The notes beneath the pieces were generated by a model that searched no databases, had not been told where the DNA came from, and saw only the letters and a list, made by a program, of their open reading frames with translations. A stretch of DNA of 64,000 nucleotides, taken from Microthyrium microscopicum. Taxonomy: Eukaryota. The position numbers and the translations under genes are program-made. Below, piece by piece: positions 39,023 through 49,609 of this stretch (the first letter of the stretch is position 1; each line of letters begins with the position of its first letter). The stretch spans positions 763,481 to 827,480 of the forward strand of contig MU004232.1 in assembly GCA_010405405.1 (NCBI GenBank), given 5' to 3'.

Positions 39023-40401
39023 TCACGAAGGTCCGACAGCCGGGACATTCTTTGACGGCATACTAGCAGATGGAACACTCGTAGATGCCGCTGCATTTGT
39101 AGACGCAATCGCACCAGGCTCAGCGGACAGAAGCTGCTCCTCAGCAGCCCTCCGTTTTGCAAACATACTTTTGAAAGTGCCAAGCCAGCGAGCCAGATCA
39201 TCCTCATCTCTAGCACAGAAGCGCCAGCCGCGCTCTTCGGTGATGATCTGCATGCAGAATTGGCGTTTGGGATTTCGGGATGGAGAGTCGATTTCGACAG
39301 CGTTGATTATTGATGGGAAGGAGAGGATTAAGAGGGGAGAATACTCCTACAATGACTTGTTAGTTTATAGAGTGGGAAAAAGTGCTGAAGGTATAAATAC
39401 CTGCTCGTTGGGATAAATAGCTAGGCCTTTCGGTCGTAATACAGCCCATACAGGCTTCCACTTTTTGACACCTCCTTTGCGTTTGATCAAATAAATCTTT
39501 CCGGAGCGGAGAATGCGTTCTTGGTCCATTTCTGTCATACTAGCCGAGCGTAGTGGACCGAGAGCCTTAGGTGCGGAATCGTTGTTTGTAGGAGGGACGG
39601 AGAGTGATATTGAGGAGCCGGGGAAGTTGGCTGCGCCTATTGAAGATATGCTACTAAATGATGCTACCGATGTACCATATGGACCTGAGTTTTGGTGTGC
39701 GTTGCTCGTCTTTCTGCTGCCTGGTACTGATATTGCTTTAGACGATGTAGGTTGAGGAACAATAATGTCTTCCGATGCGTCTTCCTCTTCACTAGTACCT
39801 AGACCGCTCTCCCACTCATCTATCCGTGCCGATACACGCAGCTGATGCACCCATTCATCGGCTTCTTGTTCAGACCTTGCATCAAAGTGGAAGTTGCGAG
39901 GCGGTGTGAAGACGGTAAAAAGGCCAGGTCGTGGTCGTTTCGATTTCCGCCTGCGCGCAACAGCAGTGATCTCGGTAAGCGATATGCTATGTCGGAGCGC
40001 AGTATGTTCCTTGTCGGCGTAAAGGGATAGGCAAAGAGGCCGCAGAACGATAAAGGTGGTCTTGTACTTCTGTAGAGCTGGTTAATGGGCGCTACTCAGT
40101 TGACGGGATCAATGTCTACTTTTGTCTTGCGCCCCTTCTTGAGCAGTTCGCCGGCTCTTATCTCTCTATCGAACTCAAAACACCCCTTTTCGTTGACGGG
40201 CGAGAAGGTGGCCGCATCAATATGCGCACCACGCGAATCGCCAGGCGGCGACGAAGCTATTACGGACGCCAGCTTGACTTTCTTTGGCGATGTAGTCTGC
40301 TGGGAGGTTGCTATGGACAAGTTCTGAGCGTTCGGAAGGTTTGAGAGGGGTGAAACGGCGGAATGGGAAGTGGTAGCGTTTTGAGAGGATTGGGGGAGCA
40401 T
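39023..40401 (-). CDS. OPY1: Tandem PH-domain protein, Opy1-like
   Basis: FEFDREIRAGELLKKGRKTK|intron, then the first PH domain ending in a W-containing helix. Second PH domain: RSGKIYLIKRKGGVKKWKPVWAVLR..FCARDEDDLARWLG. Confidence 0.72.
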
Positions 40402-41250
40402 GATGGGCGCGGTATGAAACGTGAGCGGTTGAGAGATTTGGTTGAGTGGATGACGTCTATCCAGTCGTCGCAACAGAGGCGCCAATGTTGAGGCAAAGCA
40501 AAGCTGAGCTGGTTGTATGAGGAAGATCAAGACATGTCAACAAAGAAGTAGGAGACATTGACATTGACATGTTTACTCTGAAGACAGAGGCAGGAAGGGA
40601 GGAGAGGTTGAGAATTAAAGAAGGAAAGAGTGTCTGTTGGTCGCTCTTTCCTTGGTGAGCCAGCCGCACCTGCCTCCAGCTGCAATTCGAGTTGACATTT
40701 TATCTGCAGTCAGTTGTACAGTGGCAGAAAACGGGGCTAAATCGAGGTCGGGTATAATGAGAATTGCCTTGCAGGGATGGGCTAATCCGAGTGGCAAGCA
40801 CCACACGGAGGCTCCTGCAACTGACAGGGATCAGAGTTCTGCAGTTCTGAGCACGGCCCGAGATTAGATCCGCGCGGCTGTATGCCATAGCCGCCACCAA
40901 TCGCGCCTCCGTTTCAGCTTCTTTATTTTTTAAGCATTCATGTTTAACCGCAAAACTTCATCGAGATTTCGATGGTAGACAAGATTGTATGGCTTACGTA
41001 TGATGAACTGATCTTTTCACTCCAAGAAGCTACAGTGCGGCGGGACCTTAAGATCCGGCATGAGGCCCTAGCCGATGAATCACTGTGAGCTCATGCCTGT
41101 AAAAGGTACAACCTTGTGCCCAAACTCCGAAAATATCTTGTCCATCAGAAAAATCATATCCCAATCACTGCCGATTATAAATACCACCAATCCCCATAAA
41201 TCCCTTTAAACCCATCCCTTACTGTTGCAAACTACTTCCAATCGCCCGCC

Positions 41251-44200
41251 ATGCCAGTGGTATCCGCCCAAAAGCTCATTGCGCTCCAGCGTTCTCCTGA
41301 GCGCATAAGAAACATCTGCATTCTCGCCCACGTAGACCATGGCAAAACATCACTCTCTGATGCCCTCCTGGCCACAAATGGAATTATATCGCCCAAACTT
41401 GCCGGTAAAATCCGATATCTGGACTCACGGCCGGATGAACAGTTGAGGGGAATTACTATGGAGTCCAGTGCAATATCTTTATACTTTTCCATGATGCGAC
41501 GAAAGGCGGCAGAAAATGGGGCAGCAGCTGGTGAGGTAGCGCCCCAAATGGAAGAATATCTAATCAATTTGATTGATTCGCCTGGTCATATCGATTTTCA
41601 GTCAGAAGTCTCCACTGCGTCACGGCTATGCGATGGCGCTGTTGTTCTTATTGATGCAGTTGAGGGCGTGTGCAGTCAGACAGTCACGGTCTTACGGCAA
41701 ACTTGGGTTGAGAAACTAAAACCTATTCTCGTCATAAATAAGATGGACCGGCTGATTACCGAGCTGGAACTGACGCCTGCTGAAGCATACATTCATCTCA
41801 GCAAACTTCTCGAAAACGTCAATGTTGTCATGGGCAGTTTCTTTCAGGGCGAACGCATGGAGGAAGATCTTAGATGGCGAGAAAGACTGGAGGAACGCGC
41901 AAATGCTGCTGCAGCCAAGGCACAAGAAAAAGAATCACTGAACATTAGCGATACAGCCTCTGTGACGACAGATGGCCAAGATTACGAAGAGAAAGATGAT
42001 GAGGACATTTACTTTGCGCCCGAGAAGAACAATGTCGTTTTCAGCAGCGCTATTGATGGCTGGGCATTCACGGTCAAGCAATTTGCTGGAATATACGAGA
42101 AAAAGCTTGGAATCAAAAGATCTGTGCTCGAAAAAGTTCTTTGGGGTGACTTTTATCTGGATCCAAAGACAAAACGGATTCTCGGTTCGAAACATTTGAA
42201 AGGTCGCCATCTAAAGCCTATTATTGTTCAGTTGGTCTTAGACAACGTCTGGGCTGTCTATCAAGCAACTACTGGTGGGCCAAATCGCAAAGGCGATGAA
42301 GCGCTTCTCACCAAAATCCTAACATCACTCAACATTTCGATACCAACACACATTCTCAAATCTCGGAATGCTCAAAATATTCTTACTACACTCTTCGCTA
42401 AATGGCTGCCTTTGAGCACGGCAGTCTTGGTTTCTGTCATTGAGCAACTCCCATCACCTCCAACAGCTCAAGCAAAGAGAATGCCAGCTTTACTCGACTC
42501 TTCTCCTGGAGCAACAGACATTTCTTCGGAGATCCGAACAGCCACATGCGACTTTACACAGGCCGACGACCAGCCGGTGCTGGCTTTTGTCAGTAAAATG
42601 GTAGCTGTCAAAGAAAGCGAACTTCCTCGCAACAAACGGCCGGCCGGTCGCACTCTCACTGCAGAAGAAGCCCGAGAATTAGCAAGAAAGAAAAGAGCTG
42701 AGATAGCACAAGCTCAATCAACAGACGGAGCAGAGCCGGACTTGTCTAACCTCACTTCTGCTCTGGGTGCCACAGAATTAGACGACACTACAAGCAAGCC
42801 TGAAACGCAGGAGAACGAGGATCCTGAGCATCTCATCGGTTTCGCTAGACTGTACTCCGGCACATTGAAAGTCGGCGCTGAGATATATGTCATTCCTCCC
42901 AAATATTCAGCATCACATCCCGATAAGCCTGCCGCAATTGCCGTCAAGGTCGAGGGCCTATATCTCCTCATGGGCCGAGCGTTAGAAGCTTTAGACTCAG
43001 TACCAGCTGGGTCAATTTTCGGGATCTCTGGCCTAGAAAATGTCCTGCTAAAATCGGGCACTCTCAGCAGCTCACCAAGAGGAGCACCCAATTTAGCTGG
43101 CATCGCAAGTACTCAGGTCTCCCCAATTGTGCGCGTAGCTCTTGAGCCGGAACATCCTGCAGATCTGGACAAAATGATTGCGGGCCTCAAACTACTTGAG
43201 CGTTCAGATCCGTGTGCTACCTATGAGCAACTGGAGAGCGGAGAACATATCCTTGCTACAGCGGGAGAATTACATCTGGAGAGATGTCTCAAGGATCTTC
43301 GAGAGCGCTTTGCGAGATGCGAAATTACCTCATCTGAACCTATTGTTCCGTTTCGAGAGGGTATTATCAATGCCCCATCAGTCTCTGGTGAAATGGCGAT
43401 TGGTCCTCGAGGAACGGCTGAAGTCGATATCTCCAAAGGCGTAATCAATATCCGACTACGCGTCCGCCCTCTGCCGACAGAAGTCATGGAATTTCTCATC
43501 AGCCATACTTCTTGCATGAAACGCGTAGTCGCTGAACAACGAGGCCATGAGGGCCACGTCGAAGACTCCGACTCCGACTCACCCGATGTAGTAGATGTAG
43601 CTGGCGAAAAAGAAACCGGCACTGAAATGTCCACCGCCGAATTCGAGAAAGTTCTCCGCGAAACATTCGCCAGCCTTAAGGGTGACAAAGAACACTGGGC
43701 CAGCATCGTCGACAAAATCATCGCTTTTGGCCCACGAGGCGTCGGCCCAAACCTTTTTCTAGACACCACCGGCCAACTCGGCAAACCCATCTTCTCCAAC
43801 AACAACCCAACTGCAGTCTCGACCGTAGCAATTTCCGATAAAATTCGCTACGCATTCCAGCTCGCCACCTCCCAAGGGCCTCTCTGCCACGAACCAACAC
43901 AAGGTCTCGCCGTTTCCATCGAATCCATCACGACTTCAGCGACCGAGCCAAATGACACCAATAACATGACACGCCTGACATCCGAAATCATAAAATCCGT
44001 GCGCCAGTCAATCCACACCGCCATGCTAGAATTCTCCCCTCGTCTACACCTCGCGACCTACTCCTGCGAAATCTCCGCACCCACCGAATCTCTCGGCCGC
44101 GTCTATCCAGTTCTAACGCGCCGCCACGCAACCATCCTCTCCGAAACACTCCACGAAGCCTCCAACGTCTATACCATAACATCTCTCCTACCTCTTCACG

Positions 44201-44460
44201 AATCTTTTGGATTTAGCGATGAGATCCGCAAGAGAACGAGTGGTGGCGCGACGGCTCAAATGGTGTTCCATGGCTTTGAGATGTTGGATGAGGATCCGTT
44301 TTGGGTGCCGGCGACGGAGGAGGAGAAGGAGGATTTAGGAGATACGGCTGATCGGGAGAATAGGGCGAAGGCATTGGTTGATGGTATTAGGGGACGTAAA
44401 GGCCTTTTGGTGCTTGGGAAGGGGTTGGATGGGGAGAAGGGGAAGAATTTGAAACGATAG
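41251..44460 (+). CDS. RIA1: Elongation factor-like GTPase 1 (60S maturation)
   Basis: RNICILAHVDHGKTSLSD, YLDSRPDEQLRGITMESSAISL, LIDSPGHIDF, NKMD, GELHLERCLKDL and EIRKRTSG. EFL1-type C-terminus DEDPFWVPATEEE. Confidence 0.95.
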   Translation: MPVVSAQKLIALQRSPERIRNICILAHVDHGKTSLSDALLATNGIISPKLAGKIRYLDSRPDEQLRGITMESSAISLYFSMMRRKAAENGAAAGEVAPQMEEYLINLIDSPGHIDFQSEVSTASRLCDGAVVLIDAVEGVCSQTVTVLRQTWVEKLKPILVINKMDRLITELELTPAEAYIHLSKLLENVNVVMGSFFQGERMEEDLRWRERLEERANAAAAKAQEKESLNISDTASVTTDGQDYEEKDDEDIYFAPEKNNVVFSSAIDGWAFTVKQFAGIYEKKLGIKRSVLEKVLWGDFYLDPKTKRILGSKHLKGRHLKPIIVQLVLDNVWAVYQATTGGPNRKGDEALLTKILTSLNISIPTHILKSRNAQNILTTLFAKWLPLSTAVLVSVIEQLPSPPTAQAKRMPALLDSSPGATDISSEIRTATCDFTQADDQPVLAFVSKMVAVKESELPRNKRPAGRTLTAEEARELARKKRAEIAQAQSTDGAEPDLSNLTSALGATELDDTTSKPETQENEDPEHLIGFARLYSGTLKVGAEIYVIPPKYSASHPDKPAAIAVKVEGLYLLMGRALEALDSVPAGSIFGISGLENVLLKSGTLSSSPRGAPNLAGIASTQVSPIVRVALEPEHPADLDKMIAGLKLLERSDPCATYEQLESGEHILATAGELHLERCLKDLRERFARCEITSSEPIVPFREGIINAPSVSGEMAIGPRGTAEVDISKGVINIRLRVRPLPTEVMEFLISHTSCMKRVVAEQRGHEGHVEDSDSDSPDVVDVAGEKETGTEMSTAEFEKVLRETFASLKGDKEHWASIVDKIIAFGPRGVGPNLFLDTTGQLGKPIFSNNNPTAVSTVAISDKIRYAFQLATSQGPLCHEPTQGLAVSIESITTSATEPNDTNNMTRLTSEIIKSVRQSIHTAMLEFSPRLHLATYSCEISAPTESLGRVYPVLTRRHATILSETLHEASNVYTITSLLPLHESFGFSDEIRKRTSGGATAQMVFHGFEMLDEDPFWVPATEEEKEDLGDTADRENRAKALVDGIRGRKGLLVLGKGLDGEKGKNLKR

Positions 44461-44539
44461 AGAGTGATGATATATGAGAAGAAAAAATCCATGATGCATG
44501 AAATTATGTATGTCGTATATACTAGACGAATAGACGAGT

Positions 44540-45435
44540 TTAGAATTTTTCTAAAGCGGGCCTCATGTCCAACTCATGAGTCCACAAACAGGCTTCTTGC
44601 TCGTGTAGGAATAGATATGTCTTGCCTACAGCTTCCGCACTCATCCTTTTACCTGCCTTAGTATCCTCGCTGTCCTCATCACGAATGCCACCATTCGCAA
44701 TGGCATGCACAACATGGACACCTTTCTCGCTCATCTCGCGGGCTAGTGATTGCGCCAACTGGCGTACACTTGCACGACCAGCACCATACGCTCCATATCC
44801 GATGTTGCAGCGCAACGCGCCAAGTGTGCCAGTGAAAATAATGGTCTGGAACACGTCAATACTCGTAGGAACGTGAACAGAACGGGACGGAACATACCCC
44901 TTTCTTCTCCGCTCCATCAGCAAGCCTAGCCTCCCCATGATCCTCAAACAACCGCTTCAAACTCTCCTGCGCAAACGTAAACGCACCACCAACATACGTC
45001 GTCAACGAGTCCGTAAAGTCCTGTCACAATCAGCCAAAGCTCACCCATACCTTATATACTCACCTCATGCGTTTCCTCCATAAATGGCTTCTTATGTGAA
45101 TGTTTCACACTAAAAATCGCCATTCTCAGCTTCAATCCTTTGAAGGATTCATGGGCCTTGATATCCTTAAACGTTTGCGAAAGTTTTTGTGGTGTGGTGT
45201 CTGTTGGAAAAGCTTCGAAGATTGCATCAGGGACATCATTACGTAGATTCTTTGCTAGATCTTGAAGGGGGTCGGGGCGACGGGCTAGGAGTGCTACTGC
45301 CAAGTTCCCTTTCGATGCGAGGATTCGTGCTATACCTGCGCCCTGGGGATGTTAGATGAGTGTTGGTGTGGTTGGGGGTTCAATTACTGTTGTTGGACCT
45401 GCGCCGATTAAAATTGCTAGGCCTGCTGGTGCCAT
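44540..45435 (-). CDS. Short-chain dehydrogenase/reductase, multi-exon
   Basis: MAPAGLAILIGAGPTT|GAGIARILA, IIFTGTLGALR, YGAGRASVRQLAQSLAREM and WTHELDMRP. Confidence 0.8.
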
Positions 45436-46001
45436 TTTTGGAGTTTTGATCTTTAGAGGAGTAATATTAGAATGTGGCTAAACTTTTGATGCCTTCAGGA
45501 ATAGGAGATTCAGAGCTGAACTTAGAAGTCTCCAGTTCTAAGATGGAGAGAGGTCATCAGCGCCGGATATAGGGTTTAATTCTCTTGATGTCATGATGCA
45601 TTTGATCATCATACTGTGCTTTCTTAGTTCATGACTCGGTGTTTCTTCTGTCTCACGTTTTTATATGTTTACAGTGAACACTGTTCTGGTCCGAATAGTT
45701 TTCTGACTTCTCTAGCTGTGGAATAGAAATAAGGCAGTCATCAATGTGACCAGTCCACCAGCTAGAATTTCTATGATCACGACTCATGCTACTGCTTTCA
45801 AAGGTTTATTCACATTCAGGTATTTTGGATCTCTTTGGATCACTATGACACTAGGGAGCCCAAATCATGTATAGCTGACTTTGTTTGGACAGTTTTAAGG
45901 CTGGGCATACCCAATATATTATCACACTTGTAAAGAGATGGATCACGCCAAGAACCATAATGCTAGCTGACTCTATTTCAAATTCTAAAGTCCAGGCATC
46001 T

Positions 46002-46139
46002 TCAGAAGCCAAACGCCCATGAAAAGACATGGAGCATGCTGATAATTGCAAAAACAGATACAGTGAGAGGAGCTGCAGAGGTTGTTACCAGTGATTCCTC
46101 CCTATTGTTCGCTACTATAGCGATGATGGCGCCTCCCAT
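46002..46139 (-). CDS. Hydrophobic microprotein, array unit 4 (45 aa)
   Basis: MGGAIIAIVANNREESLVTTSAAPLTVSVFAIISMLHVFSWAFGF*. Confidence 0.55.
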   Translation of the reverse strand: MGGAIIAIVANNREESLVTTSAAPLTVSVFAIISMLHVFSWAFGF

Positions 46140-46171
46140 GACCAACGACGAGTTTACTTCAATTTGGAAGT

Positions 46172-46315
46172 CTACGAAAGCCACGCGCAGAGATGGACCA
46201 GGCCGAGGACTGTGATGATAGGTATAGCGAGGGGAGCGGTAGTATGTACTGCTAGCGATTCCTTGCTATTGTTCGCTAATACAGCCAAGACAGCCATGAC
46301 GGCTGCGGCTCCCAT
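46172..46315 (-). CDS. Hydrophobic microprotein, array unit 3 (47 aa)
   Basis: MGAAAVMAVLAVLANNSKESLAVHTTAPLAIPIITVLGLVHLCAWLS*. Confidence 0.55.
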   Translation of the reverse strand: MGAAAVMAVLAVLANNSKESLAVHTTAPLAIPIITVLGLVHLCAWLS

Positions 46316-46347
46316 GAGAGCGTTACGATGGCTCAGATGTAGGAAGC

Positions 46348-46509
46348 CTAGAAAGCCCACAGAAAGAGATGGACCAGGCTGAGAAGTGCGATGATAGGTA
46401 TAGTGGAAGGGATGTCAGTGGTGGTTGCCAGTGAAACCTCACGACCGTAAGATAATGCGTGTCCTCCAGACAAGGCGGCGATGATGCCACCGGCGAAGAT
46501 GACAGCCAC
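46348..46509 (-). CDS. Hydrophobic microprotein, array unit 2 (about 53 aa; no ATG, candidate AAA-GTG start)
   Basis: VAVIFAGGIIAALSGGHALSYGREVSLATTTDIPSTIPIIALLSLVHLFLWAF*; 21 of the last 28 residues are identical to unit 1. Confidence 0.5.
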   Translation of the reverse strand: MAVIFAGGIIAALSGGHALSYGREVSLATTTDIPSTIPIIALLSLVHLFLWAF

Positions 46510-46529
46510 TTTTGCTACGGTGTGGGCTT

Positions 46530-46703
46530 TCAGAAAAGCCACAAGAACAGATGGATTAGGCCGAGAAGTGTGATAATAGAGATTGTCAGTGGAACGTCCG
46601 TAGTCGTTGCCAGTGAAGTGTGACGACCAGCAAATGAGGCTCCTGATCCGGCAATTGCTGCTACTGCTCCTCCTGATCCTGCTGCGGTCGCGGCTCCCGG
46701 CAT
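46530..46703 (-). CDS. Hydrophobic microprotein, array unit 1 (57 aa)
   Basis: MPGAATAAGSGGAVAAIAGSGASFAGRHTSLATTTDVPLTISIITLLGLIHLFLWLF*; paralogous to the three downstream units, with many synonymous differences. Confidence 0.6.
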   Translation of the reverse strand: MPGAATAAGSGGAVAAIAGSGASFAGRHTSLATTTDVPLTISIITLLGLIHLFLWLF

Positions 46704-47854
46704 ATAATAGAAATGATTGCTGTAGTGAGGAAGTCTAGAGGATTTCTTAGTAGAATAATTAAGAGGATCAGAGTCTCGGGATAGGGACGTTTTCCAACGT
46801 ACTGTGATTGTCTCGATTGAAGTTTGATGTAAGTAACTTTTCGCACGAAGGTAGTATGTGTTGAAAACTGCGGTTTCGCATGACGGTAAACGAGTCACAA
46901 GATGCTACTTATAGAACAGACTTTGATATCCGCCTGAGGACCATTATCCTGTGATCATCATGAACGGCGGGACCGAACACATTCCACTGCATTGGCAGAG
47001 GTAATGGAAGCTCTTGGTACTGGACACACACTGGTAGCTACCTTTTTAGAACAGATGCTGTACCAGATTTGGCCCATCTTAGTCCAACGAAAGTATTCAA
47101 GGCAGCTTGTCAAGCTCCTGTCGGACTTGGTGTTCTCATAATACTTGTGTAAATAGTAACACGCTGACAGGCAGTTGTGCCAGCGAGATGTGAAGTGGGA
47201 ATGTTGGACACGCATTATTAAGACGAGACGCAGTTAGCTTTTATCTGTTCATACGTTCGAAAGATAAACAGATGTTACCAGCAAGGCTTCTCTTTTTCAT
47301 CGTGGAGAGCAATTTTTGGTTTTTGCAAGTCATCACGTCTTTTGGACTCCGCTGTCCACTCCAAGAGTATCTCCTCAATCTAGAAGTTTTTGCAATTCGA
47401 AAGGATACGGTCGAAATTGTTCCCGAAATCTTCCACAGCATCGGCGACATAGTTGGAAGCTTATATGTCTGAGGTCTCTGCTGAATTTGGTTGATAAACT
47501 CTTCTTCCAGCTTCATACAAGACCCTCGGCGAATCACGAAGGGAGATTGGATAAACCTACTGCAACCCTGAATGAGTGCTCAGTAAAAGCATCGGGCCAA
47601 TCGAGTAGGACGAGATGATCATATTCGACTACTGAGAAGTTAGCTGTAGCTCGTAGACGTGTGGTTTAATTAACTCCCGGGATTCCCAGATGAAGTCCAG
47701 GGCACTCTGAGTAAAAGCCAACTCGGAACACGGCAGTCAACAACAGTATATATCTGGTCAATTAACGAGTCTATCTCAACATCACCTCTCGGCTAGGAGA
47801 ACATTTGACTGCCTCTTGTCTACCTCATCAAGATCGCAGCTGTAAACCATCACG

Positions 47855-49181
47855 ATGGGTTCAATCGACCACGCAAACTTCGAGAAATTCGAAAACTTCG
47901 ATATCGATGAGAGCGCAGCAGTCAATCTCAATGACCCAGCTCAAATCTACGCCGAATACGACTATCTGCGCTCCAAATGTCCCGTCATCCATACTACAAA
48001 GTATAACGGCTACTGGTTACTCACTCGGTATCTTACCACCCACTATCCCTCAATCTCCTTTCACCACTGACAATTCTAGCCATGCCGACATCAAAGCCGC
48101 AGCCGGCGACTCAGCAACCTACATATCCTCTGTCAAAGCCGTCGTCCCCTCCGATCCCCGCGGAATCCGCCGCCCACCCCTAAACTACGACGCACCAAAC
48201 CACACGCCCTACCGCACAGCTCTCGACCGCACCCTGCACCCGCGCCGCCTAGCTCGGCTCGCCAGCATACTAGAGACGCATGCGCAGCAGGAACTTGCGC
48301 CGCTCTTGGAGAAAGGCGAAGGTGATATGTGTACGCACTTTGGTGCTCTATACAGCGCTTGGGTGGAGACGAGCTGGTTGAATCTGGATGAGGATATGGC
48401 GCCCAAGTTGGCGACAACTGCAGCGGCATGGGTGAATGCGTGGAGGAATCAAGATGCGGATGAGGTTAAGAGGCATAGTGATGTGTTGTATGATATTGCA
48501 AGGGGGGTGTTGAGGGAGAGGAGGGAGAGGCCGAGGGATCCATTGGAGGATCCGGCTAGTAGTCTGTTGTTGGAGAAGGGACCTGATGGAGAGTTTTTGA
48601 AGGAGGAGCATTTGGTGTAAGTCCTGTCATTCCCCACCGACAAAGAGCGCATCTGCTAACGATCAACATATAGAGGAGGAATCCGTCAGTGTTTAGTAGT
48701 CGCCATGATAGCACCCAGCATCCTCATGGGGGGCATCTGCAAACATCTCAGTGAAGACAAGGACCTGCAAAACAAACTCCGTTCTGAACCAGAGCTGATT
48801 CCCGCTGCGATCGAAGAGTTCATCCGCCTATACTCACCATATCGCGGGTTTTCACGCACCACTTCCAAAGACGTGGACCTCCACGGCGAAACTATCAGCC
48901 CCGGAAATCCCATTACAATGACTTACGCGGCTGCCAACCGCGACCCTGAGGTCTTCCCTGAGCCTGCGAAATTCATCCTCAACAGACCCAACATCACCGC
49001 CCATCTAGGCTTTGGACGTGGCAGACATCGGTGTGTTGGCATGCCGCTTGCGCGTCTCGCGATGCAAATTGCGCTAAAGGTCTTGCTCCAGAGCACGTCT
49101 GATTTTGAGATTAATGGAGAGTTGGAGTATGCTCGGATGCCAGAAATTGGGATAATCTCCTGTCCAGTGAAGTTTTCGTAG
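47855..49181 (+). CDS. Soluble, bacterial-type cytochrome P450 (about 405 aa, 3 exons)
   Basis: Introns 48028-48079 and 48617-48673. EEFIR (ExxR), AANRDPEVF and heme motif HLGFGRGRHRCVG. Bacterial-style LRSKCPV..GYWLLTRHADI N-terminus with no membrane anchor. Confidence 0.92.
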
Positions 49182-49609
49182 AACGGAAGAACGTGCTCCG
49201 CATCAGAATCGAAGAGTTGATTGATTTTCCAGCTATCTCGCGCCTTTGAAGATGTTATATCTGTGACTATGAACACTGAACACTGTGAAATGTTGGGCGG
49301 CACATCCGCCGTGCGACGACTGGTATCAGGCTGTGTCACATCTTGCTGTCTTCACTGAGATGTAACATTGACACGTACTCTTCATGATTCCGGGCCTGTA
49401 TTCGTGGATTTCACGTTGTTGTTGATGCATGCCAACGTCGTCGCGTGGAACATAAATGGCAGAAATGTTGATTCCAAGCTATTCCATTTCGGGTTAGCGC
49501 GATATCTCTACTCTATCTCCATCAACCTGATAACCAACTTTCTTGATACTTCAACATTCTTTCCCACAGAAATGTAATAGCGAGCTTAGCTAACTCAGAT
49601 CTCGTAACA

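Noticed and set aside
41041..41057. CGG..ATCCG upstream of RIA1 as another cluster TF site
   Set aside because: The spacer is 11 nt rather than 8, and the site lies outside the cluster.
46002..46703. Array units as repeated introns (introner-like), a CRISPR-like array, or a plus-strand gene
   Set aside because: Differences concentrate at synonymous positions of the minus-strand frame, donor sites are not consistent across units, and there are no identical repeats with unique spacers. The plus-strand frame that shares wobble positions contains stops.
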